Of a stretch of DNA of 64,000 bases, positions 1 to 12,801 are shown piece by piece. Source of the stretch: the human T2T-CHM13v2.0 reference genome, Homo sapiens; NCBI RefSeq assembly GCF_009914755.1, contig NC_060939.1. One strand, written 5' to 3'. Both the position numbers and the translations under genes were made by a program. Numbering within the stretch: the first letter of the stretch is position 1; each line of letters opens with the position of its first letter. The notes under the pieces are model-generated. The model had not been told where the DNA came from. It worked only from the letters and a program-made list of their open reading frames with translations, and ran no database searches.

Positions 1-1330
1 CATAGCCTCCCCAGTTACTATTATTTCCTACCAGAATAGTATATTTGTTACAGTTGATGGACCTAAATTGACACATTATTATCACTTGGAGTTCATAGTT
101 TACATTAGGGTTCACTGTCAGTGTTGTGCATTCTAAGAGTGTGACAAATGTATACTGACTTGTATCCACCATTATAGTATCATACAGAGTATTTTCACTG
201 CCTTAAAAATACTCTGTGCTCTGCCTATATCTCTCCTCCTTCCCTCATTCCTGACATCTCCTGATCTTTGACACCCCTGGCTCCATAGATTTGCCTTTTC
301 CAGAATATCATATAGTTTGAATTATATAGTATGTGGGCTTTTCAGATTGGCTTCTTTTACTCAGTAATATGCATTTAAAGTTTCTCCATGTATTTTCAAG
401 GCTTGATAGCTCATATTTTAGTGCCGAATAATATTCCATTGTCTAGATGTACCACAGGTCATCCATTCACCTACTGAAGGGCATGTTGGTTGCTTCCAAG
501 TTTGGGCGATTATGAATAACGTTGCTATCAACGTTTGTGTGCAGGTTTTTGTGGACCTATATCTTCAACCATCTGGGTAAATACCAAGGAGCACTATTGT
601 TGGATCATATGGTAAAATTGTGTTTAGTTTTCCAAAAAACTGCCAAACTGTCTTCCAAAGTGTCTACACCATTTTGCATTTCCACCAGCAACTGTATTGT
701 TCCACGTCCTCACTAGCATTTGGTGTTATCAGTGTTCCAGATTTTGGCCATTCTAATAGGTGTGTAGTGGTATCTTATTGTTTTAGTTTACACTTCTATG
801 ATGACATACGATGTGGAGCATCTTTTCATATGCTTATTTGCCATCTGGATGTCTTCTCTGGTGAGGTGTCAAATTCTTTGGCTCATTTGTTAATCAGGCT
901 GTTTGTTTTCTTGTCGTTGAGTTTTAAGAAACCTTTGTATAATTTGGATTAATAGTCCTTTATCAGATAGGTCTTTTGCAAATATTTTCTCTTAGTCTGT
1001 GGCTTGTGTTTTTATTCTTTGACAGTGTCCAAAAATTTTTAATTTTAATGAAGTCCAGTTTATCAATTATTTTATAGATTGTACCTTTGGTATCATATCT
1101 AAAAAGTCATCACCAGTCCCAAGGTCATCTAGATTTTATCCTATGTTACTTTCTGGGAATTTTTACTAGGAATTTTATAAATTTGTATTTTACATTTAGG
1201 TCTGTAATCTCTTTGGTAACCCCCCACTTTTTTTTTTTTTGCATCTGCATACAGATGTTCAGTTCCAGCAACATTTATTGAAAAGACTGTCTTTTCTCCA
1301 TAGTATTGCCTTTGACCCTGCATCAAAGAT
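1..1330 (-). mobile_element. Old LINE-1 (L1MC/L1MB-type) 3' UTR plus end of ORF2
   Basis: Antisense L1M hallmarks: 'ttcagattggcttcttttactcagtaatatgcatttaaag', 'ggttgcttccaagtttgg', 'cagcaacatttattgaaaagactgtc'. The ORF at 1141-1326 resembles a degraded ORF2 C-terminal segment. Confidence 0.85.
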
Positions 1331-1339
1331 CAGTTGACT

Positions 1340-3180
1340 CTTCACTGTGGCTTTAATTTTCTTTTCCCTTATTACTAATGGACTTGAACACCCTTTCATA
1401 TGTTTACTGCCTATCTTTAATAAGTAGCTATCTTTTTCTTATTGATTTGTCAAAGTTTTACATTTTTAAAATGTCCATGTGAAGGAGTCCTTTATGAGTT
1501 ACATATGTTTCAGATATTCCACTGTGTGGTTTGTATTTTAACCCTCTTATCAGTGTATTGTGATGAACAGATGATTTATTCAAAATTTTATTGTTTGCTT
1601 AGTTTTAAGTTGAATTTTTCTAGAAATTTTAATCTAGATTTTTAAATTTATTGGTGTAACATTAACATCTGCAGGATCTAGAGTGATGTTTCTTTTTCAC
1701 ATTGATATTGGTTACTAACGAATTTTTTAAAAATTTTGTCAGTTTTATCAGGAATTTAACTTTGTTAATCTTTATAAATTTAAATTAGTTTGATTTTGTT
1801 GATGTTATCTATTGAATACTTATTTTTAAATTTCTTTATGTATTTCCATCTATCCTCTGTCTTAAATATCTATTCTTTTTCTAATTTTTAAAGATGCAAG
1901 CTTTGAGTTTTAGTCTTCCTTCTTTGTTGAATACATACATTTAAAGCTATAACCCCCTTGACAAATAATTTTAGCAGCATTCCACAAGTTTTAATAGGTC
2001 ATATTTCCATTATTATTTAGTTTCACATGTTATCTAAAACTATTTAAATTTTTCTTTGATCCTTGCATTTAAAAGTATATTGCCTAATTTTCAAAAATAT
2101 GGGGATTTACCAGTTATAGTTTTACTGATTTCTATCTTATTTCCATTGAGAACTGAAAATCATATAATATGAAGTCATATTATATATTATTTTGAAATTT
2201 TATGAAATTGTTTTATTGCCCAATATATGGTCAATTTGGAAAAAATGTAATATATCCTTAAGAATGTATATTCTGAAATTGGTGGCCACTTTGTTTCATA
2301 TATTTCAATTACATTTCTTTTTGATCATATCATTAAATTTTTCTATGTAGCTTCCAAGTTTTTATATGTTTTATCACTTACTAAAAAAGATGTGTTAACT
2401 CTTTATTGAAATTGTTCATTTGTCTAATTCTTTAGTTCTGTCAATTTTTACTTTATGTATATTTGAGGGTATGTTAAATGCAATACATTTAGAATTATAT
2501 CTTCCTGGTGAATTATATCTCATCATTATTAAGTGTTCCTTTTACCTCTAGCAATCCTTTTAGCTTTAAATTCTACTGTGAATAATATTAAAATGAGCTT
2601 TTGTTGTTTATTTCTAAAACTTTTGAATCCTTGTATTTTAGATAGATATCTGAAGCAATATTTACTTGGGTTTTATTATTTATAATTGTCTGGCAATCTT
2701 TTTGTCTTTAATTGAAGCATTCTATTTATGTTTAATTTATTGATTGATACATTTGGCTTAAGTCTACTATCTGTTCACCTGGTTTCTTCCATTTACTCTT
2801 TGTTCTTTTTTTTAAACCTTGCTTGTTTTCTATTAGAGTAATTATTTTTCATAATTTTACTTATTCTGTTAGGTTGGAAATTATATGTTCATTTACTGTC
2901 CTTTTGATTATACTAGAGCTAACAGCATGCATTCTTGACTTACATATGTTTAATACTAATTAGTACTCTTATCCTCTTGTAGAATGCAAAGACCTTACAA
3001 TAATTTTATTTCATTTATCCCTACCTTCCTTTTAGAACAGACATGCATGCACACACACATACACATACATTCATAAAACAATTATTACTTTTGTGCAGTC
3101 AATATTGGTTAATATTTACTCTAATGTTTACACAGTTTGTTGGTTTTCACTCTTTTTTAAATTTCTAGTCTTCTATCGGA
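1340..3180 (-). mobile_element. Highly degraded ancient L1 (L1ME-like) ORF2 fragments
   Basis: Very T-rich with antisense L1 motifs 'catttaaagctataa', 'gcagcattccacaagtttt', 'cccaatatatggtcaattt', 'aagaatgtatattctg'. Confidence 0.65.
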
Positions 3181-3380
3181 GACATTCTCGGGGGAGAGTT
3201 AGTAATGCATATTATTAACTATAATCAAAAGTGAAAGTACTTTCCATACATTTGTCCTAAATCTTTCCCAGTCTAACATGAATTTGAGTATTTTGTTGAT
3301 TACAGTAGTTATTTATATAAAGTAAGCTGGAGCATGTAAGTTATTTTACATCTTGTTGATCTAAGTCTTACCATGACCTG

Positions 3381-3788
3381 TGTCTTAGGTTGGGTTCCTC
3401 AGAGGCAGATTCTCTGATGAGGATTCTTGTGAAAGTGATTTATTTAGGAAGTGTTCCTGGGAAAAACTGGTAGGGACTTAGAAGAGAAGGATACAAGATC
3501 TAAGAATGGTAACTTTGGCTCCGCCACACAAAGGTGCTCTGAGGACCACGTGGGTCACAACTTAGAGGTATTCCAATCAGTGGCAAAAGAAGTTAAGATT
3601 ATTTAGACCCCTGTACTGGCTAGTCATTGTTTAAGGGATGCCCCCAAAGTAACATAAAGCCCCCTACTCCCTGCCATCCATTTGTAGATGCAGAGGCTGG
3701 GTATTTGCAATACAAGCACACTGGGAACTAGTATACTTCATGAGAAACCCGACGGGATATAGGCAGACAAATGACTGTGTCTGTTACA
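3381..3788 (-). mobile_element. ERVL-class solo LTR (LTR33/LTR16-like)
   Basis: Starts 'tgtcttaggttgggttcctcagaggcaga...gtgatttatttagga' and ends '...tctgttaca', giving TG...CA termini. The reverse-strand AATAAA appears as 'tttatt'. Confidence 0.7.
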
Positions 3789-3829
3789 ATCTATATGACC
3801 CTGCCTTGATCAACGTTCATGGATACAAT

Positions 3830-3940
3830 TCAGGGTATCCAGGAACTTCAATGGGAAGAAAAAAATATGTTTTTGCTGACATCTAATGAAATTTAGCATT
3901 TTTCAAAATTATGAAAGTCATAATACTACAGTACCTGTAA
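3830..3940. mobile_element. hAT-Charlie-like DNA transposon fragment
   Basis: 'gaacttcaatgggaagaaaaaaat...tctaatgaaatttagcattt...cagtacctgta' resembles a recalled Charlie MITE consensus. Confidence 0.4.
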
Positions 3941-4670
3941 AGTATGTGTTCCTAAATAGCACAGGGCTTAGCATGTAGTAAATTACTCAATATATTTCAT
4001 TTTTGAAAAATGTATGAAAAAGCACTGAAATTAGCTACAAATTAATATCTGTTCTAGCCATATTTCCAAAGTAAACATCCTAGAATTTGACTAGAAAGTG
4101 AACATGTTGCTACAATCTCTGCATTCACTACACTGCAAATAGTAACCATTTTAGAAGTATAAAAATGACCTGCTTCACTAGTCAAAGATATGAGGAGGAT
4201 TAATTCTAGTAGATAGCCCCTGCCCAAAGTTTTGACTAATGTTAAAAAAACAGCAACCAAAAACTCAATTAATAATGGACATTTTTCTAAAATCCATATC
4301 TATAAAAGGAAAGGGTGTTTCCCAAAGCAAAATCGGGCAGGTATGTTGTCCAGAACCAGAGAGTTTAAAAAATAATCTGAAATTTCCTTGTCTCAGATGA
4401 AATAAATCTGTAACCAAGAATCAGAGATAATGAATCCTTTTGAGTCTTATTTTAATATTACTTGTGGAATATAGTTTTGTATCAGGAAAGCTATCTTGGA
4501 TCCCACCTAAGGAAATTTCAATACTGAAGAGCCCAACAATAACATTACAGGCCAGTCAGGTAGTTGTGGTGGTTTGGCTCCATGGGAAACCTACATAAAT
4601 AGACTATAATGTATATTGGTTTATCCTATTTCCTTCCTGGTACTCAATATTCTCACCCAACCTAAGAAAA

Positions 4671-4718
4671 CTTTTTTTTTTCTTTTTCTTTTTTTTTTTT
4701 AAAGGAAAAAAAAAAAAA
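4671..4718. repeat. T-rich tract abutting an A13 tract
   Basis: Read directly: T-tract 4672-4700, AAAGG, A13 at 4706-4718. Confidence 0.9.
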
Positions 4719-5986
4719 GCTGTGTCCAGCTTTATGGTCTTCTGAATATTGTGGAAAGCTTCAGAGAGTCCTGTGAAGACCTTTCCCTACTGACTGTTGC
4801 CTCAAGTTCATTTTTATGTGGGGCTAAAATATACCTTCTTCTTAGAAAGACTGTTCAACTCCAATTATTTCCTGAATTTAATAACTAAATCTCAATTACA
4901 TTCCTAGCAGCCTCATTTCTTCCTGGGCTTTGTGCATTCTTTCGGCCAGAAGCTCCCTTGTATATCAAAGGCAGCTCCTTGTAGAGAAAGGGGACGTGAA
5001 GGGGCACAGGAGCCCGGAACCTGACCCCATGTTACTGCCTGTGCTTGAGAAAGCAGAGAAGTTAAAAACACTCACTAAATAATTCCCTTTAAATCAGAAG
5101 AAAAATGATTTTTTACAGTTAACAGTTAGATGCATGATGATTAATGTTTTCAACCTTGAGGGCAAACTCTGCCTGTTTAGTATAAATTTTTTATTTCTGT
5201 GTTTCAAGTGAAAAATATCCTGGGGTCCTTTTGAATTTCAAACAATTAGTCCAAATTCAAAATGTATTAGGTTAATTGTATATTTTAAATTTAATTTTAA
5301 TATTCTTTGACTCTGAAATTGATAAGCTAGCATTTATTTGCTCTGGAAATCTTTCAAAGTTTATGACAATCTTTTATCCTTTTTAAGTAGTATTAATGCT
5401 TAATGATAAAAGCCTGGCCTAAGGAGGAGATAACATTTAAGAACTATATGAACCCATGGGGCCAGAGCATCAACCACCTATCTGGTCTATTCCCTTCCCA
5501 TGAGTATGTATTGTGTATTATGGAATTTAGTGTGGGGCTTCCTCCTCTGGGGGACAGTTGACTTAGACATAAGTGGTAGACTAGGCAGAGGTGAATGTCA
5601 TCATTAGCTGTACCACTGGATTTCACAGAAAGACAAAGGGACCAATTTATATGGTCTTTGTATGAAGGAATAAGAGGTAACTGCCTATTTTTGTCCATAC
5701 GAACATAAGAGAAAAACCTCAGTTAGGATCCCTGCTCATCTGTTTATACTCTGGGCAAGTATAAATTTCCTCAGATGTTAAATATAGAAGGTAAAATCTA
5801 CCTTAATAAGTGGACATAATAAAAACAACTCAAAGCTTCTGGAAGGTAAATAACCTTAGGGAGGTACAGCTGTGTATAGGAAATGTTATGTGTCTTTTAT
5901 CTTAGATTTTTAAAATTTTTTATAGCAAGAAATAGTGAAATTATAGGATTACTTTGAGGTTTTTAGTGTTCTCAATTTAAAAAAAT

Positions 5987-6190
5987 CAGTAGAGGTCCTT
6001 TTTGGAAAGAAATCTTCCATGAAACTTCAGTACATAAACAGATGAAAGTGGAGCCACTCTGCTTAAGTGAAAGTGAGAATGCAAAGCCCCAGCACCTTGG
6101 TTTTCTCTTCCCTCCTCAGTGACCCCCCACCCCACCCCAGGCATCTCTAAGAGGCTCTGGGCTCCAGGGAATAGTGATTGAAGCCACTTC
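5987..6190. mobile_element. hAT-Charlie-type MITE
   Basis: 'gaaatcttccatgaaacttcagtacataaacagatgaaagtggagccactctg' with a 'ttgaagccact' terminus typical of Charlie MITEs. Confidence 0.5.
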
Positions 6191-6752
6191 AATAGGGGTT
6201 AGTGTGGACCATAAAAGTAAAGAGCCTAGAACTGTGCCAGTTGTGCAGCATTTTCTCAAGTAATGCTAACTATTAACGTTATTGTCACTGGTTGTTCTTC
6301 AACTTTATTCTGGAAGAGTGGGATCATTTATCAGAGTAAAAATGAAATAGCGTTTTCTTTCCTAAAAAAGCATTTATCAATTCAGTTTCTGTCATGGAAT
6401 CAGTAGTCCATGCTGCTAATCAAGATATTCTGTGTTGAGCCTGAACTGGCTAGTCAGCTAGTGTTGGTGGCTAAGGATTACACGGATTCACTTTTTCTGA
6501 TCCAAACTATGCAGGTATGGGGGCAGCTGTAGGGGAGTCAGCCCAGATTTTCTCAGGCTTGCTCATTTAGTTTTAGTGGGACTACCTGATTGCCCATTTT
6601 AAAAGCTCAGCCTTGTCTAGTTTTTTAAGATCAAACTTGACTTTTGGCAGGAGGAATGAAGAAGCTCTAGCTTAGCACTTGGGGATTCAGCATTGAAATT
6701 CTAACTCCTTGCCTGTCTGAACCTTTTGACTACATTTTGAAAACCAGGCTTC

Positions 6753-6926
6753 CAGGTATAACGGAGTTGACTTATACCAGCTCATGAGAGCCAATTGTTA
6801 ATTTCTCAGGAATTCCAGCTAGATGATGTCACATAAGTAGCTTACAGTCAGCCACGTTGAGAGCATTTATACTGCGGAAACTCACAGACCCTGAAAATCG
6901 GATCTTTCCCCTGGAGCATACCACTA
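6753..6926. mobile_element. MER63A (hAT-Blackjack MITE)
   Basis: 'ccagctcatgagagccaattgttaatttctcaggaatt...agcataccact' matches the MER63 consensus. Confidence 0.7.
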
Positions 6927-7615
6927 GCTTAGGAACTAGCCACCAATTTATGCTCCACTTCTTATGACTAGATCTCCATTATTCCCTAGACCTGAGTTCC
7001 TGTGGTGATATTGTAAAAATATTTATACGCTTCGTTCTCCTCAGACTTTCTCTCCAATGTCAGGAGTTTGATTTTGTATCTTACCTCTAGGCTGGGCCCC
7101 TTTTCCCTATTACCTGCTCATAGATCTCTCCCAGTGCTTATCTAGCTAAGATGATAAATACATCACCATTACCTAGATTGTCTTATCTCGTTGATTATAG
7201 GTCTTGAACCATCATCCTGTATTCTGCATTAGGTTATGTAAGACTCCTGAATGCCTGTTTAAATGCTCATTTATTGAATTTCCCTTCACCAGATGTGTAT
7301 TGTCTCAAAGTCTGCAATTCATTCCCTTCATTTTGTGGTTCCTAGTTTGCTTTATCCTCTTACTAATGTCTTTTGTTCTGTCCCAATTAACTGAAATAAC
7401 TCAATAGTCTTTCAAAAGTTGTGAATACACCCCTCCTAGAAATCTTTTTCCATATTATTAGGCTTTAAATTATTTAAATGTAATTTGTTAGCAGCTTTAA
7501 TTTTAAAACCTAATTTAGGGTTTTAATAAATAATAACATTTAATATCCATAATGAAGTTTCACCATATATAAAGTATTTAATTTCTTAACACAGCATCTA
7601 TATTTTCTCATAAAA

Positions 7616-7714
7616 TAACTAACATTAATTGTTGCCGTCCATGTCCCAAACATTGTTCCATGTGCTTCACATGCATTAATTCACTTAGTCCTACAGAATT
7701 CCTGTGAGACATGT
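7616..7714 (-). mobile_element. MIR fragment
   Basis: 'aataactaacattaattg...gcttcacatgcattaattcacttagtcct...cctgtgag'. Confidence 0.65.
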
Positions 7715-8023
7715 ACTCCTACCAGCACCATGACTGTTTAAAGATGCCATGCCAATGTCAGGAAGTTACCCTATATGGTCTATAAAGGGGAGGCATAAAT
7801 AATCCAAACCTTGTTTAGCATATAATCAAGAAATAACCATAAAAATGGGCAAACAGCAGCCCTCAAGGCTGCTCCATCTATGGAGTAGCCGTTATTTATT
7901 CCTTTGCTTTCTTAATAAACTTGCTTTCACTTTACTCTGTGGACTCACCCTGAATTCTTTCTTGGGGAAGATTTAAGAACCCTCTCTTGGGGTATGGATC
8001 GGGGGGACCCCTTTCTGGTAACA
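7715..8023 (+). mobile_element. MER41A ERV1 LTR, 3' half only
   Basis: 'accagcaccatgac...gtcaggaagttaccctatatggtct...cttaataaacttgctttcac...ggacccctttctggtaaca'. It lacks the MER41B-specific insert between 'ggggagg' and 'cataaataatcc'. Confidence 0.9.
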
Positions 8024-9104
8024 TTGCTTCGATTTTAGCAGAATTCATGTTTTTCTGATAGGGACTCTTTTCAAACTGATGTCTTAGCCTTCTCAATGCC
8101 TCAAGCTAGATCTTGTTCAGACATGTTTTAACAAGTTAATATGAGTTTATTTTGATGTAAAAAATTTTGAAATCCATGCATAGTTTTTTCATAATACACA
8201 TTTTCCATAAAATTTTGACTCCTTGTATATAACATATAGACATGTTTTATTATAATGCTTGCACAATTTGGTAAAACTGAGGTTCTAGAGTATTATTAAG
8301 GATATAATAATTCTGAAAAAGTTTCTTTAATGATATCTTGCCATTTACCTTCAGAAAACAACACCAAATCCTATCTATTCAGGTCATGAGATTTGGCATA
8401 TTGAGTAGAAAATGATAAAATTGAATTGCAACATACAAGGATGAAGAGGAAATATGTAGTTCTTAATCTTTAAGTCTAGAGTATTTTCTGGAAAGCTCAC
8501 AGGAAAAATGACTGGACATATTGAAAGACCTCAGGAATCATCTGTGTTAAATTGTTTTTCCTCCAGTTGCTTCCTATAAACCTTGTAATTTAAGAATGAC
8601 TCTACAGAGGGTCAGGCCACCATTCTAGCAAAGAACAGAGTGATTCACTGAATAGCCCTGATTTCAATTCTTAGTGTGGAATCAATTCTGAGTAGAATCG
8701 GAAAAAGCAGAAAAGGGTGGAAAGTAAAGGAACATTTGTAAATGTCAGTTCATGTTGTAGGGGTTGTATCTTCCTTGGGGTTCTCATCACAATTGCCCAT
8801 CAATTGAATTTGTAGAAAAAAACATGTGACGCCCATGGGAACACATTAGACAGGCAACTGGAACCTCTAAAATGTGGTTTTCACTTTGGATCCTCTAAGC
8901 AGGAGACAGACCTAGAATAATGAGCCTGGCCTGCTTTAGGATGGATGCCACCTTTGTCACAAGTTAACTTACAGGTTAACATAATTTATCTTCTGTTATT
9001 GCCGGAAAATTGTGGAAAGGGATCTGTTGCTGCTTCTCCTATGATACTATTTAAAAAGTAAATGGTTGGACCTCTGAGATCTGTACTTAGATCTGTTCTG
9101 CCTA

Positions 9105-9215
9105 TCCCTACAGATACTACTATCATCAGTTTCCAGGTGAAGAAACTGAGGCTCAGAGAGTGTAAATGATGTGAGCCTATAGCTAATAAATGGTGGATCT
9201 GAACTACCAACAAGG
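9105..9215 (-). mobile_element. MIR fragment
   Basis: Core 'gaagaaactgaggctcagagag'. Confidence 0.75.
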
Positions 9216-10305
9216 TCTACAAACCAAGTAGGTGGTTCCTAGTGTTAGAGGAGCCTTTCAGGTCATGTTTGTCATATTTTTATGAGTAAAAAATAAATGT
9301 CTGTGATATCAATTTCAGTGGAATCAAATGTGAATGGGGGAAAGACCTTGCCAAGCAATTGTGGCACAGACAAATAATTTGTGTTTTTCCTTTTTGTCTT
9401 TGGTTGGCACTTTCTCTTTGTTGCTCTCCTACCTAGTTCCCAGGACCACTACCTGTCTTCTAGATGCACAAGGCCTTCTGCTTTGATATTCTACCTGTTT
9501 TACTCAGCACCTACCAGAAACCCTCCCCCATCTGTGCTTTGACTTTCTCTTCCCTTCATATGATAATGTACTACTCCTCTTTCCTTGACTCTTAAAACCC
9601 CAAATCCTGGTGTGTGATGGTCTGATAAGCCAACTCTTGCTGCTGTCTATCTAAGAAAGTATGAAGCAATATCTTAACCAAGTCAAATTCAACATTTTTA
9701 AAGAAAGTACTTCTAGGGCTGGAGTACTACCTGATAGGAGTTCCATTTCCAGCCGAGGATGCTTTGGTGTGTTTAAGTCAAATAGGTAGAGGCCTAACCC
9801 ACTTATATATAAAGCCAGCCCTGAACATTGGCATTTATTTAAATACCATTTAGGGACACTCAAGTCTTCAATACTGCACACACAGATTCAAATCAAACAC
9901 ACGCACTGACATTTCCCCACTCCTTCCCTAGATGCTCATAATCTTTAAGGCCAAGCTGATGTCGGGAGAACCCCAGAGAATGGAGATGTTCCTATGGGAG
10001 TTTGCCTAATGGAGCCACTGGCATTTCTTAGTCAGCCAGAGGAGTGCTGAAAGTGATGCCTTTACAAAGTCTCCAGGGATTTTAGTTAGCATGGAACTCA
10101 GTATAGCAGTCTGCTCAGACCAGATCCAAACTACGTAAGAAATAGTGTATGGAAGACTGGACTCTCTTTCATCTCCCAGCTGCAAATTGGTATCTGCTAT
10201 GCAAGGGGCATTACAAAATTACAAAATCAAGAATAACTGCTACCACTAATATTTAGCATCAAAAAAAATTTTCACATGCCTGCCCTCTTTTGATCCCCAG
10301 AAATA

Positions 10306-10393
10306 TTTTTTTCTTTTCTTTTTTTTTTTTTTTTTTTTTTAGATCTAAAATTTTGATGAGGCTTAGAGGTACTGGCACTTTTTTTTTTTTTTT
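10306..10393. repeat. Two poly(T) tracts
   Basis: T-rich run at about 10306-10340 and a T run at about 10379-10393. Confidence 0.9.
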
Positions 10394-12450
10394 ACTGGGA
10401 CTTTTCCAAGGCCACCTAGCTGGAGGTTGACAGAATATTTTGTTGAGATTTTAACTTGTGTTTTGTTCTCATTTTTCCAACCCCACCTTGAGGTGGTAAC
10501 CTCACCTTTTTGTTCTGGGACCCTTTGTGATGGAGTTAAAATAAAAATAACCCAAGGACAGGTTCCTTTTCTGCTTTGTTTTCTAACCTGAACTCTTTGA
10601 GGGGATTATCCCAAGGAAATGGAGAGAAGTGAGAGCCTTGGAGGAAAAGGAAAGGGTGATTTCCCCATGAGGCAAAGCAGCAGTGGTTAGGGTACCTTGG
10701 GGTGGGTGCTTCCCCTTCTGCACAGGGCCTAAGGGTGGGAAGACAGGATTTCAAAGGGAAATGACTTAGGTGTGATTCACCTAAGAAGGCTGGGCTACAG
10801 CTACCAAGGTACCAAATTCCACAAAGATATACTGCTGAAGAAGATAGACACAAGCCTGCCTCTCAGGGACCACATGGGCTTGAAGATAGTCAGTGGTGGT
10901 AATCACAGACCAGAAAGACCGCTGTAAATGTCTGCTTTGCATGAAATCACAGAATACTGATGTCATCCTGAAGTGGGGTGAGAGACCCTATAGTGACTGT
11001 GATTAGTTTGGTGGGACAGGACTACTGACAGTTTTAATATGGTCTGAAGACCTGAGTTTGTTGAGTAAAGTGTAAACCTATTGATCTGGGGAGTCTGGCA
11101 CTGCAAATTTGGTTGTCTTTCTATAGCACTTGCTGCTCACAGAGTTTACATTTAGATGGAGAGTGGGAAAGATCCAGCAGTCATTGTTCTGTACGCCTGT
11201 AGCAAAAGAGAAATCCATGCCCTGTCTCTTATTAAATTACACAGGATTTAATTCTGTGGCCATGTATCGCATGGTGCTTCTGGATGGCTATATCACTCGG
11301 CTAGTATCAGAGGTCTGGGATGGCCATATGGGCAGGGCTGAATAAATGGATCTCAGGAAACATGAAGTTGATAGCTTTCTGTAGTGGGAGTAATGGCTTA
11401 TAAAACACATTGGAGGGGACTGCAGGAATTGTTTAAGAATCAAATTGCTTATTAGATTTTCCAACTCCTTGAACAACTTCTAATATTTTCTAGACAGAGC
11501 CATCTACTTATCCCTTCTGCCTTTTGATGATGAAACATAACAATTTTATTGTTATATTGCTTCAGAGCTGAAAAATTTTCATGATTCTATGTTTCAGGAA
11601 AAATCTTTGATCCCCAACTTAAATTAAGCTGACGCTAAGAAATAGCCTACACATTTACATGTTGTATTTGGTCATTACACTAAAAAAAACAAAAAAGGGG
11701 GAGGGGTTAAGCAAAAAAAAAATCTCTTAATCCCTTATCTCCTCCATCTCTTCCTCCTTGTCTTCTCTTTTCAGTACGTAGACCTCAGAGAAACACAGAA
11801 CCACAAATTACTGTGGGGTGAAACTCCTACTTAATAATGACATCCCTTAAGTTGGCAAAAATCTGCCAACATCTACAAGCTCCTCTAGAGTTGTGAGCCA
11901 AAGTTTAAAATCATGTGTGACAGTGTTGTGGAAAATACAGTTGATTCCAGTCTGATTGTGTCAGTTCCAAACAGAGACAATATTGATGATGCTGAACAGT
12001 AATCTTATTGGGCTTGGACCCAACTGAACACTGGTCTTTGTCAACTCATTATTCCTCTATCAGAGGGATCTCCACAGATTGATCTTGCCAGCACCTCTTG
12101 ATATGTCTCACAAATCACTATTCTCCTGTTGGCAGGCAGATTTGAGTACTGCACAGTAATTGCTGGGGCTTGTTTCCCCTTTTTTCTGTCTCACTCCCTG
12201 CCAGAAGACAGTGATTACCTATTGCAAGTCATTGTCATATGAAAGACCAAAAAAGTCCTAACAAGATAGAGTAGGTAAGTGTACAGTCCTTGTTGATGCC
12301 AAGAGTTATGGCTATACCATCTGATGCTTTTGGATTGGCAAAATAAAGGATTAAAGCCTCTATTTTCCTTTGATGTTATTAATTTGAGGGGTCCCTGAAC
12401 TTTTCAGAAGTCTGCAGCATTGCCTATAGGAAAGTTCTGCTCTGCAGTAG

Positions 12451-12801
<351 letters not shown>

